From Syntrophomonas sp. UBA5432 (GTDB lineage Bacteria > Bacillota > Syntrophomonadia > Syntrophomonadales > Syntrophomonadaceae), in NCBI GenBank assembly GCA_002424365.1, contig DIRQ01000032.1, forward strand, positions 80,245-144,244: a stretch of DNA of 64,000 nucleotides, read 5' to 3'. The notes under the pieces were generated by a model, which was not told where the DNA came from, searched no databases, and worked only from the letters and a program-made list of their open reading frames with translations. Positions 28,115 to 38,686 of the stretch are shown here, piece after piece (the stretch's first letter is position 1; every line of letters starts with the position of its first letter). The translations under genes and the position numbers were made by a program.

Positions 28115-28642
28115 CTAGATCTTTTCTACTTCGGGATAATCTACCCCGAAGGTTTCTACACTAACTTTTTTCATCTTTTGCTCTTTTTTGGGCTTATCAC
28201 TAAAACTTCTAGGAGTATTAACTATAGCATCAACAACCTCCATGCCTTCTGTAACTTTACCGAAGGCGGCATATTCTCCATCTAGATGAGGGGTTTTGTC
28301 TACCATAATGAAAAATTGGGAGCCGGCTGAGTCAGGCTGAGCTGTCCTGGCCATAGATAGTACTCCCGCTTCATGTTTAAGTGGGTTAGGGTGACCATTA
28401 TTGGTAAACTCGCCTTTTATGCTATAGCCCGGTCCTCCAGCACCGGTCCCATTGGGACAACCGCCCTGGATAACGAATCTAGGTATTACCCGGTGAAATA
28501 TGAGTCCATCATAGAAACCCTGCTTGATAAGGGAAATAAAGTTGTTAACAGTGTTAGGAGCTACATCAGGATAGAGTTCAGCTTTAATAATATTTCCATT
28601 TTCCATTTCTATAGTTACTTCTGGATTTTTATTGCTACTCAT
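28115..28642 (-). CDS. ppiB: peptidyl-prolyl cis-trans isomerase, cyclophilin type
   Basis: FHRVIP.FVIQGG, SMAR and GSQFFI motifs. Confidence 0.92.
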   Translation of the reverse strand: MSSNKNPEVTIEMENGNIIKAELYPDVAPNTVNNFISLIKQGFYDGLIFHRVIPRFVIQGGCPNGTGAGGPGYSIKGEFTNNGHPNPLKHEAGVLSMARTAQPDSAGSQFFIMVDKTPHLDGEYAAFGKVTEGMEVVDAIVNTPRSFSDKPKKEQKMKKVSVETFGVDYPEVEKI

Positions 28643-28792
28643 GGTATCATCTTCTTTCTTTTTTGATTATGGCTATTATAGCAGAAAACATGGAGAAATA
28701 TACCTGGTAGTGGCAGGCGCTGTTTGCAGGGTGGTGATATGAGGCTACAGTACTGGAGTATGTCCTCCGGACATATCGAGTTAATTAGCATC

Positions 28793-28827
28793 ATAAAAAA
28801 GTAGAGGCCATGGGAAATGGCCTCTAC
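28793..28827 (-). terminator. rho-independent terminator of the ArsR-radical SAM operon
   Basis: GTAGAGGCCAT-TTCCC-ATGGCCTCTAC followed by T7 on the minus strand. Confidence 0.8.
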
Positions 28828-28862
28828 CGGGTGGGGAGGATTATATATAATATCTGAGATTG

Positions 28863-30272
28863 TTAAGAGTTAACCGGACTGCTGGCCACGTGGGCAGCTT
28901 GAAGTACCTCTTTCGGTATACTTACCCCGGAGGGGAAGTGGTCCTCTTGCCAGAGCTGGTCGGCCACTTTACCCCATTTCTGCGCTACTTGCATGGTACG
29001 GCCAGTAAGTTCATCCACATCTTCCCGGTCAATGGGTTGGGTAGAATGAGCGCCTGATAAATGCACCATTTCCCTTAGTTTATGGGGGTTATCAAGTAGC
29101 GGGCAGGGGCGCAGGAGATTATCATTAAAAGGCTGATTGCGACGGTACTGCATAAAAAGCGGAGATTGCAGGGCTTCCAGCAAACTAACCTCTTTTATAT
29201 TAACATTGGAATAATGAATAAAGGCACAGGGTTCAACATCACCGTTGGCGTTAATATGCAGGTACTTACGCCCACCGGCAATACATCCCCCGGAAAATTC
29301 CCCGTCATTCCAAAAATCCATTAGAAAGATAGGTTTGTTATTACGGAATTCCCTTACCCGATGATACATGTATTTTCGCTGCTCAGGAGTAGCAATTAAA
29401 TCTAACTGGGCGTCTTTACCCAGGGGCATATAAGTAAAATACCAGCCAAATATACAGCCTTTTTCAATCATATAATCAATATATTGGTCAGAGCCCACAC
29501 TATCAACGTTTTTACTATGGTAACAGGTAGAGAATCCAAAAGGCACCCCGTATTTATGCAATATATCCATAGCTTCAATAACCTGCTGGTAAGTACCATT
29601 ACCCCGGCGCATATCAGTTTCACTCTCAAAGCCTTCCACACTCAATGCCAGGGCAAAATTACCAGCTTCAGCCATTTGTGCGGCCAAATCATCATCTACC
29701 AGGGTACCATTAGTAAAAGCCAGGAACATACAGTCATTATGTTTACGGGCCAGTTTCATAAGGTCTTTTTTACGAATCAGGGGTTCTCCCCCGGAATAAA
29801 TATACATATAAATCCCCAGTTCTTTACCCTCTTGGATAATACGGTTAAGGGTTTTTATATCCAATGAATCCGACTTTTTATATTCAGCTGCCCAGCAACC
29901 GGTACATTTCAGGTTACAGGCGGCAGTGGGGTCCATCAAGATAGCCCAGGGAATGTTGCAATCATACTTTTCGGACATTTTTCCATTGGTAGGAATCCCC
30001 AGGATAGAAGCATTAACCAGGAAATTAACCAGGACTTTTTTTCTAACATTGACATCATACTCGGTAAACAGGCGTCGGACATATTCATTCCAGTTATTGT
30101 CGGGGTCATCCAATATGTCATGGAATGAACGAGCATAATTTTTGTGATTATCCGTAACTAGAATTTTCTCACCCCAATTTAACAACTTTCCTATATTCTC
30201 CACGGGATTTTTTTCCACATATTTAATTCCTTCGTTGAGTACGGCAGTGCTTAGCATTTGTTTTACTTTCAT
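28863..30272 (-). CDS. radical SAM protein with C-terminal SPASM/twitch-like Cys cluster
   Basis: ATG at 30272 lies 8 nt after AAGGAGGG. CxxxCxxC = CNLKCTGC. C-terminal GGCIAGG...NANGDVEPCAF...RPCP. About 100-aa N-terminal extension. Confidence 0.8.
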   Translation of the reverse strand: MKVKQMLSTAVLNEGIKYVEKNPVENIGKLLNWGEKILVTDNHKNYARSFHDILDDPDNNWNEYVRRLFTEYDVNVRKKVLVNFLVNASILGIPTNGKMSEKYDCNIPWAILMDPTAACNLKCTGCWAAEYKKSDSLDIKTLNRIIQEGKELGIYMYIYSGGEPLIRKKDLMKLARKHNDCMFLAFTNGTLVDDDLAAQMAEAGNFALALSVEGFESETDMRRGNGTYQQVIEAMDILHKYGVPFGFSTCYHSKNVDSVGSDQYIDYMIEKGCIFGWYFTYMPLGKDAQLDLIATPEQRKYMYHRVREFRNNKPIFLMDFWNDGEFSGGCIAGGRKYLHINANGDVEPCAFIHYSNVNIKEVSLLEALQSPLFMQYRRNQPFNDNLLRPCPLLDNPHKLREMVHLSGAHSTQPIDREDVDELTGRTMQVAQKWGKVADQLWQEDHFPSGVSIPKEVLQAAHVASSPVNS

Positions 30273-30374
30273 GCTATTTTCCCTCCTTGGCACTGTAACA
30301 GCTATAAAAGTGCTTAAAGTAAGAGAACGATAGTGGAGAAATGAGTCAGGGTATATAAAACATCAGGTGCGTTC

Positions 30375-30716
30375 TTAGTCTGGAATAGCCCTTAATTTAT
30401 AGCGATATTGTTTAAGTGCTTCCAAATCTCTGATACACTGTTCTATTTTGTCCAATTCCTTATTGAGGATTTCGTTTAACAAGGGGTATCTATGCAACAT
30501 ACTATAATTAATACGGTAATAAACCCATTGAGCCTCCTTTTCGTTAATGATTAAGTCGGTTTGTCTTAAGCGGTTAAGGTGTCTGGATACATTGGATTGA
30601 TTTATGCCCAATATTTGCTCCAGTTCTCCTACGTTCAAATTTCCTTTTCGTAAAAGATTAAGAATTCTTAGCCGATTCTCATCTCCCAACGCTCTCATTA
30701 CTTGTACTAATTCCAA
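30375..30716 (-). CDS. ArsR/SmtB-family transcriptional regulator
   Basis: 113 aa. ALGDENRLRILNLL....LNVGEL...LGINQSNVSRHL winged HTH. Confidence 0.88.
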   Translation of the reverse strand: MELVQVMRALGDENRLRILNLLRKGNLNVGELEQILGINQSNVSRHLNRLRQTDLIINEKEAQWVYYRINYSMLHRYPLLNEILNKELDKIEQCIRDLEALKQYRYKLRAIPD

Positions 30717-30877
30717 CGAGACACCTCCTTATATGAATATATCCGTTTATACTCATATACTATAACTGGTAATTGCGGCTGTCAAGGGTAATAAAATTTA
30801 ATTCCGGTAGGAAAAAGGTTAAGAGTATAGAAAACAACATGTAAAGAACCTATGTTAAAGTAGAGATATCTTAATAA

Positions 30878-30968
30878 GAAAATTGGCTACGTTAATAATG
30901 AAGTTGTCGAGCAAATAACTTCGAATCTATGAATTTGACTAACTGTTTAGAGTGAGGGGTGAGGGGAC
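30878..30968 (+). repeat. intergenic repeat module 1 (forward)
   Basis: GAAAATTGGCTACGTTAATAATGAAGTTGTCGAGCAAATAACTTCGAATCTATGAATTTGACTAACTGTTTAGAGTGAGGGGTGAGGGGAC. Confidence 0.8.
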
Positions 30969-31125
30969 AGTAAAGTATGTGCTCCCCGTTATTCAATTGC
31001 CGAAACAGCTAAACAACCGACCAACTGTCGGTAGCGGAGGCTTCACCTTAGACGGGTACACGGCAGCCTCCGATGGGAAGTGCAGGGAACGGCCCCTGTG
31101 CCGTTCCGTCATGTTGTCGTAATAC
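30969..31125 (+). other. GC-rich structured insert between module 1 and module 2 (candidate cis-regulatory or non-coding RNA)
   Basis: Hairpins CCGAC-CAACT-GTCGG (31017-31031), GGAGGCT...AGCCTCC (31036-31071) and GGGAACGGC-CCCTGT-GCCGTTCC (31085-31107). No ORF. Much more GC-rich than neighbouring intergenic DNA. Confidence 0.5.
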
Positions 31126-31196
31126 CAGTGCAACTATTTTCATAGGTGGTTGCCGTGTGCCCGTAGGGTATGTGTGCTTGGCGCTCATGACGACTT
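31126..31196 (+). repeat. intergenic repeat module 2 (forward), enclosed by stem CGTCATG (31107-31113) / CATGACG (31186-31192)
   Basis: CAGTGCAACTATTTTCATAGGTGGTTGCCGTGTGCCCGTAGGGTATGTGTGCTTGG. GCAAC (31130-31134) pairs with GTTGC (31149-31153). Confidence 0.7.
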
Positions 31197-31217
31197 AATT
31201 AGAAAAAAGGAGTAGAT

Positions 31218-32411
31218 ATGGAGTCGAAACAAATAGTATTAACCGGGTTAGTTGCTACTGCTTTGATAACTGCCCTGGTTTTAAGTGGTTGGGTAGTAGA
31301 TATGGTGGTAGCCTTTCTGATACTGATAGCAGGGATATTACTAACATATTATTTTGCCCTTAACCAGAAGAGAATTGAACAATATAGTACATTAAGAAGC
31401 GCAATCAAAGCTAGCGAAGAGATTAGGAAGCAAACTGATTTAACGGCAGTACTAAACTGCTTAACTATTTGTGCTCAATCACTGCTGGGAATTAAATATG
31501 TCCTTTTATGGCTTCCAGATGATAATATTATGTGGCCGGAGGATGAGGAGTACCATGATTTATTAGAGGATATAGGAAGAAGGGTTAAACTGGGCCCAGA
31601 ACCCCTTCAACTAACTAGACAGGGAGAGAATAGCTTTACCTGGCCTGAAAACACAACCTGGCTAGCAGCTTATCCACTAGTAATGGGAGACGAGTTCCGG
31701 GGAATCATACTTCTATTAAATTCCCGGTCGGATAAGCTGCAGGGGCATACCAAAGAAGTTCTTAATATTTTGTGTCGTCAAAGTGCTGATGCTATATATC
31801 GTGTGCTGGCAGAGCAGAACAGAGAAGGAGATGAGCGGCTACTAATTAATTCACTCTTAGCCGGAATGGAGGCGGGTGACCCCATTTTCAAGGGACATAG
31901 TGAAAGAGTTAACGCTATTGCCGGTTTAATTGGCAGTAAGCTGGGTTTGGATAACGAGGAAATGAAAACCCTGCATTATGCTGCTTTGCTACACGATATT
32001 GGCAAATATGCTGAGACTATGGTCGATGATGAGACAGAATCATTTAGTGACCATGCCAGCCTGGGCGCTGAACTCATCCCGGCGACTGGTATTTTCGCGC
32101 AGGTTCGGGAAACGGTCAGGTATCATCATGAGCGTTATGATGGCAGTGGCTATCCTCTGGGTTTGAGCCGGACGGATATACCGTTTTTAGCCCGAATAAT
32201 TGCTGTAGCTGACGTTTATGATGCTGTAACCCGGCTGTGCAGTGAAGAAGAAAGACTAGATCACCAAACAGCTATAGGTGTTATAAAGAAAGCCACCGGC
32301 ACAATTTTTGACCCGTTAGTGGTAGTAGCTCTGGAGGAAGTGGCCGATGAGGTAGCAAATATCGGGCAAACATCTAAGGATGTTGTCGGGGATATGGATG
32401 AAGTAGAATGA
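31218..32411 (+). CDS. HD-GYP domain c-di-GMP phosphodiesterase with N-terminal TM and GAF-like sensor region
   Basis: 397 aa. HD (AALLHDIGK) and HHERYDGSGYP motifs. Confidence 0.85.
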   Translation: MESKQIVLTGLVATALITALVLSGWVVDMVVAFLILIAGILLTYYFALNQKRIEQYSTLRSAIKASEEIRKQTDLTAVLNCLTICAQSLLGIKYVLLWLPDDNIMWPEDEEYHDLLEDIGRRVKLGPEPLQLTRQGENSFTWPENTTWLAAYPLVMGDEFRGIILLLNSRSDKLQGHTKEVLNILCRQSADAIYRVLAEQNREGDERLLINSLLAGMEAGDPIFKGHSERVNAIAGLIGSKLGLDNEEMKTLHYAALLHDIGKYAETMVDDETESFSDHASLGAELIPATGIFAQVRETVRYHHERYDGSGYPLGLSRTDIPFLARIIAVADVYDAVTRLCSEEERLDHQTAIGVIKKATGTIFDPLVVVALEEVADEVANIGQTSKDVVGDMDEVE

Positions 32412-32468
32412 CAGGGGACATAAGAGCAAAAATAAAGTATAATGCGATAAGATATTTAAAACAGGTGA

Positions 32469-33914
32469 GTGCCGGTGAACAAGCATAGATTTTACATACT
32501 TGCAATAATAGTAGGCGTCTTTTGTGCTGCCTATTTTATTTATGTTGGACAACTTGATGACTGCTCGGTGGCATCTACTAATCAGGTTTCCTATCAATTT
32601 CCCAATCCTGAGCTTACTACTTACAACATGGGGCTTTATCTGGATATTAATACTCGCACTTTATATGGTACCACCATAATAGACACTATTAATACATGTG
32701 GTAAAGCTATGGATGAACTCTACTTTACAGCTTATCCTAATGCTTTTCGCAATAAGTCCGAGACACCTGCACCAGATAATGCCTACTACTGTGGTTTTAA
32801 CGAAGGGTGGCTGCGAATTGACAGCATAAAAGTTAATGGTAGCAAGGTAGAATACCAGGAGGAAGGGGTCTTAATAAAAACGCAATTACCATCAGCCCTT
32901 TTACCGGATAAGAGTATTAAGGTGGAAATGGCCTGGAAGGCTAAAATCCCAAAACTGGCTTATCGTTATGGCAGTAAAGCGGGGGTCTACATTTTAGGTA
33001 ATTTTTATCCTACACTAAATGTATTATCTAACGGGCACTGGCAAAACTCTTATAATTTCAGTTTTGCTAATCCCTTTTGTTTTCATGTGGCAAATTATAT
33101 AGTTAACATTAACCTACCTGAAACCTACAATATGGTATCAACCGGCACTACCATTTCGATACTAGCGGAAGACAAGGGGAGAACCATATATTGGGTTAAA
33201 GCTGATAAAGTTCGAGATTTTTGCCTGGTGGTAATGCATGATTATCAGGAATCAAGTCGGCAAATTGAGGGTTGGAATATAAAATGCTATGTTCCGAGCA
33301 ATAATATAGACATATCCTCCAGGGTAGTTGAGCAGAGCGGTCAGATAGTAGATTATTATTCTACTACTTTAGGACCTTATCCGTATCCTGATTTTAAGGT
33401 AACCTTTGTACCCATAAAGGGTTTTCATGGGATGAGATATTCGGGCTTGATTTTATTGGGAGAAGAGTTTCTAAATTTGGGTTATGATAAGCAGAAGAAA
33501 GAATTTATAATGGCTCGTGAAATAGCCTATCAGTGGTGTTATACCATGGTAGGGACTGACCAGTTACGTGAGTCCTGGCTGGGTGAAGGCTTGGCTAACT
33601 GGTTGGCATATAAATATATGCAGAATAACCTGGGGTATAGTGCGCCTGATATTAATAACCAGCAGGGAGTTACGCTATCCAAACAACTGCAGGAGAGCCA
33701 CTTGAGTTGGGAGTATTATAGTACTGCTAACGACGGAGGGGAGGCCTTCTGGTTTGGCCTGGAGCAAGAATTGGGTGAGGAAATGGTAATTAAGGTTTTG
33801 CGCAGTTACCTGGCCGATTATAAGTTTAAGATTGCCAGCACCCGAGATTTGTTAGCCATTATTGAAAAAGAAGCTCATAAAGATATGGATTATTATTTTG
33901 ATAAATGGTTTTAA
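32469..33914 (+). CDS. membrane-anchored M1-peptidase (aminopeptidase N-like) homologue with degenerate zinc site
   Basis: 481 aa. The position of HExxH-x18-E reads AREIAYQW...WLGEGLANW (H to R and H to Y). The GAMEN position reads GMRYS. Confidence 0.65.
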   Translation: MPVNKHRFYILAIIVGVFCAAYFIYVGQLDDCSVASTNQVSYQFPNPELTTYNMGLYLDINTRTLYGTTIIDTINTCGKAMDELYFTAYPNAFRNKSETPAPDNAYYCGFNEGWLRIDSIKVNGSKVEYQEEGVLIKTQLPSALLPDKSIKVEMAWKAKIPKLAYRYGSKAGVYILGNFYPTLNVLSNGHWQNSYNFSFANPFCFHVANYIVNINLPETYNMVSTGTTISILAEDKGRTIYWVKADKVRDFCLVVMHDYQESSRQIEGWNIKCYVPSNNIDISSRVVEQSGQIVDYYSTTLGPYPYPDFKVTFVPIKGFHGMRYSGLILLGEEFLNLGYDKQKKEFIMAREIAYQWCYTMVGTDQLRESWLGEGLANWLAYKYMQNNLGYSAPDINNQQGVTLSKQLQESHLSWEYYSTANDGGEAFWFGLEQELGEEMVIKVLRSYLADYKFKIASTRDLLAIIEKEAHKDMDYYFDKWF

Positions 33915-34276
33915 ACTGAAGCACCGTATTGTTTAAGTAGTTCGACAGCTTGAGGACTTAAGCTCTGATCACAAACCAGGGTAAGTATAATAGAGGAACT
34001 GCCGGGCAGGTCATAGGAGGATGATGACATACCACTGGCGGCAGGGTCAGCAGCAAATAGAGGTCCGTAAGCCAGGTTTGATCCGCTATTATCCATGGTT
34101 AGAGAAGAAAGATTAGTTTTGGTATGCCGGTTCCTCCGAGGCGAGGAATAAGGGGAAATGCGGTCAACCTGGATTTCATTGTATCCGGCTTGTTTCAGTA
34201 CATCTGCGGCTATCTGGGCATCGCTATAATCGGAGAAATAGGCAAAAATCGCCTGTTCGCCTGGTTGAAGTTGCAT
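33911..34276 (-). CDS. hypothetical protein
   Basis: 121-aa ORF with a Ser-rich middle region. Its stop overlaps the stop of the convergent 32469-33914 gene. No family recognised. Confidence 0.45.
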   Translation of the reverse strand: MQLQPGEQAIFAYFSDYSDAQIAADVLKQAGYNEIQVDRISPYSSPRRNRHTKTNLSSLTMDNSGSNLAYGPLFAADPAASGMSSSSYDLPGSSSIILTLVCDQSLSPQAVELLKQYGASV

Positions 34277-34384
34277 TTAATTTACCTCCTTGTAATAATA
34301 AGTACGGGGATATAAAGTGCCCCGTTTTTATCAGTTTGACCATTTCGGTAAAAAATATTAGAAAATAACTTGAGGAGGGCATTC

Positions 34385-36067
34385 ATGAATCCGGTTCAGG
34401 AACTTCACAACCTTTTGGAAGAATTAATAATTGAGGCTATAGAAGCGTGTAGGGAGGAGGGACAGCTGGATTATCAGCAACTTCCTGACTTTGTCATAGA
34501 GGTTCCCCGGGAAAAAGGGCATGGTGATTTTGCCTGTAATATTGCCATGTTATTAGCTCGGGAGGCTCGTATGGTACCACGTAAAATTGCAGAAACTATT
34601 GTAACTATGATAAACAGTAAAAGCCATCTTCAGATTGAGAAAATTGAAGTGGCGGGACCGGGTTTTATTAATATTTTTCTGAATAACAGCTGGTTATACG
34701 ATATCCCTGTACTAGTTACTGAGTTGGAAGACCGCTATGGCTATAACCCCAGGATAGGCCAGCGGGTACAGGTGGAGTTTGTCAGCGCTAATCCTACCGG
34801 TAACCTGCACATGGGTAATGCTCGCGGGGGAGCTATTGGAGATACGTTGGCTAATATTCTTGACCGTGCCGGCTACGATGTGCAAAGGGAGTTTTACATA
34901 AATGATGCCGGTAACCAGATTGAAATCTTCACTGATTCTCTGGAAACTCGTTATCTGCAGCTAAACGGTTATGACTTACCTTTTCCTGAAGATGGTTATG
35001 CCGGGCAGGATGTAGTGGAAACGGTTAAACGTATAATCAGCCATTATGGTAAGCAACTGTTAGATATGTCATCAGATGAAAGGCGTAAGATTCTATTGGA
35101 TTATGCCCTGGAGGAAAAGGTAAAATATATTCGTAAGACTCTAGAAAACTTTGGGGTTAACTATGATGTTTGGTTTAGTGAGAAGACTTTGCATAAAACA
35201 GGTAAGATAGACGAGGTTGTAAATTATCTGCAAGAAAAGGGCTATGTTTATGAAGGGGAAGATGCGCTCTGGTTTAAATCTACCCTTTTTGGGGATGAAA
35301 AAGATGAAGTAATAATGAGAGCCAATGGTATACCTACTTATTTTGCAGCAGATATTGCTTATCATAAAGATAAATTTGAACGAGGCTTTGATTGGGTGAT
35401 AAATGTCTGGGGAGCAGATCATCACGGTCATGTAGCCCGCATGAAAGGAGCTATGGAGGCCTTAGGTTATGACCCTGATAAATTGGATATCCTTTTAATG
35501 CAGTTGGTGAGGTTGTATCGGGGGGGTAATATTGTCCGTATGTCTAAACGTACCGGCACCACGGTTTCGCTGGATGAACTAATAGAAGAAGTTGGTCGTG
35601 ATGCTGCTCGTTACTTTTTCGTTATGCGCAGTCCGGATAGTCATCTTGATTTTGACCTGGAGTTGGCCAAGCAACAAAACCAGGAAAATCCGGTGTATTA
35701 TGTTCAATATGCTCATGCCCGGATATGCAGCATTTTTCGCCAGGCAGAAGCAGCCGGGGTTAGGATGTCTGGAATAGCAGAGATTGACCCTTCTCTGTTG
35801 CAGGAAAAGGAGGAACTGGCTCTATTAAGGAAAATTGCTGATTTCCCGGAAGAGATTTGTGTTGCCGCCAGGGCGATGGCACCACAACGTATAGCCCGCT
35901 ATGTATTGGAGTTGGCTGGATTATTTCATAGCTTCTATAATCATCACCGGGTTTTACACCAGGATCAGGCATTGCAGAACGCTCGCCTGCTGCTGATGTA
36001 TATTACCCGCATAACCATTAAGAACTCACTTGATATATTAGGAGTAAATTCACCAGAACGAATGTAG
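34385..36067 (+). CDS. argS: arginine--tRNA ligase
   Basis: ATG at 34385 follows [23 protein letters not shown] (HIGH region), RMSKRTG (KMSKS-like), C-terminal DALR anticodon-binding domain. Confidence 0.93.
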   Translation: MNPVQELHNLLEELIIEAIEACREEGQLDYQQLPDFVIEVPREKGHGDFACNIAMLLAREARMVPRKIAETIVTMINSKSHLQIEKIEVAGPGFINIFLNNSWLYDIPVLVTELEDRYGYNPRIGQRVQVEFVSANPTGNLHMGNARGGAIGDTLANILDRAGYDVQREFYINDAGNQIEIFTDSLETRYLQLNGYDLPFPEDGYAGQDVVETVKRIISHYGKQLLDMSSDERRKILLDYALEEKVKYIRKTLENFGVNYDVWFSEKTLHKTGKIDEVVNYLQEKGYVYEGEDALWFKSTLFGDEKDEVIMRANGIPTYFAADIAYHKDKFERGFDWVINVWGADHHGHVARMKGAMEALGYDPDKLDILLMQLVRLYRGGNIVRMSKRTGTTVSLDELIEEVGRDAARYFFVMRSPDSHLDFDLELAKQQNQENPVYYVQYAHARICSIFRQAEAAGVRMSGIAEIDPSLLQEKEELALLRKIADFPEEICVAARAMAPQRIARYVLELAGLFHSFYNHHRVLHQDQALQNARLLLMYITRITIKNSLDILGVNSPERM

Positions 36068-36079
36068 GAGGGATATATT

Positions 36080-36313
36080 TTGGTACCACGAAAGAAAAGT
36101 GAAGCGGACTGGGCAGTGGAAATACTGGCAGAAAAACAAGAAGCCATATACTATTTTGATTTGATAAAGACTATTGCCAAGCAGATGGGTAAAAAAACTG
36201 ATCCTACCAGCCTAACTTCTATTTACACCCGCTTAAATATGGATAATCGCCTGGTTTACCAGGGAGATGGATACTGGTATTATGATGCTAGCAGGCTAAA
36301 AAAGGAGAAATAG
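36080..36313 (+). CDS. rpoE: RNA polymerase delta-subunit-like HARE-HTH protein lacking the acidic C-terminal tail
   Basis: 77 aa. A.EIL.....A..F.DLIK.IA...G....T....IYTRLN.D.R....GDG.W matches the RpoE N-terminal domain. Sits in the Bacillus-like position upstream of pyrG. Confidence 0.6.
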   Translation: MVPRKKSEADWAVEILAEKQEAIYYFDLIKTIAKQMGKKTDPTSLTSIYTRLNMDNRLVYQGDGYWYYDASRLKKEK

Positions 36314-36316
36314 CAA

Positions 36317-36952
36317 GTGATAATTAAATGGCTGGGGCATGCTTCTTTTTTACTAGAAAGCTCCGGAATTAAATTAGTAATGGACCCATTTAATGCTGAG
36401 ATTGGTTACCAGCCCTGTAAAGAGAAAGTTGATATTGTAACCGTAAGTCATGAACACTGGGATCATAATGCGGTGGATACCCTCTCTGGCAATCCAAAAG
36501 TGGTACGCGAACCCGGTATAACTACAATTGACGGTATTAATATACTGGGAATCAGCAGTTATCATGATAAGAAACAAGGACGGGAACGGGGTAATAATAC
36601 CATATTTAAAATAAGCAGTGAAGACCTGGATATTCTTCATCTGGGGGACCTGGGACATATTCTTACTGACCAGCAACTAAAGGAAATAGGTAATGTGGAC
36701 ATCCTACTGGTACCAGTAGGGGGCACGTACACTGTAGATGCTGAAGCAGCTTATGAAATAGTGGAACAACTGCAGCCCAAAATAATTATTCCCATGCATT
36801 TCTTAACTCCAGATGTAGTTCTTAAGGAATTAGCTCCAGTGGAAGCATTTACCGCAAAGTTTCCCCGGGTAATAAAAAAGCCCTTTCTGGAAATAAGCAA
36901 AGAAGCTTTGATATCGGAAACTCGGATAATAGTTCTGGACTATCCCCGATAG
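36317..36952 (+). CDS. MBL-fold metal-dependent hydrolase (UPF0173-like)
   Basis: 211 aa. MIIKWLGHASFLLE... and VSHEHWDH. Confidence 0.8.
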   Translation: MIIKWLGHASFLLESSGIKLVMDPFNAEIGYQPCKEKVDIVTVSHEHWDHNAVDTLSGNPKVVREPGITTIDGINILGISSYHDKKQGRERGNNTIFKISSEDLDILHLGDLGHILTDQQLKEIGNVDILLVPVGGTYTVDAEAAYEIVEQLQPKIIIPMHFLTPDVVLKELAPVEAFTAKFPRVIKKPFLEISKEALISETRIIVLDYPR

Positions 36953-36999
36953 TTGATTTTGCTGACCAAAATGGGTAAAATTCATAGAGATTTATTTAG

Positions 37000-38637
<1,638 letters not shown>

Positions 38638-38641
38638 AAAT

Positions 38642-38681
38642 AAAAAATCCCCTGGCCTATCAATAGACCAGGGGATTTTTA
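38642..38681. terminator. bidirectional rho-independent terminator (pyrG / CoA-transferase)
   Basis: AAAAATCCCCTGG-12 nt-CCAGGGGATTTTT. Confidence 0.85.
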
Positions 38682-38686
38682 GTATT

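Noticed and set aside
31011-31031. CAACCGACC string upstream of the HD-GYP gene, identical to part of the c-di-GMP-II riboswitch pseudoknot region as I remember it.
   Set aside because: Only 9 nt match. A match of that length is expected by chance about once in a window this size on two strands. The other conserved c-di-GMP-II and GEMM-I elements (for example ACGCAAAGC) are not visible. A cmsearch would be decisive.
33911-33914. Convergent genes 32469-33914 (+) and 33911-34276 (-) overlap at their stop codons within TTTAAA.
   Set aside because: The overlap is real in the sequence but probably trivial. It is noted only because no terminator separates the two genes. The minus-strand ORF itself is of uncertain coding status.
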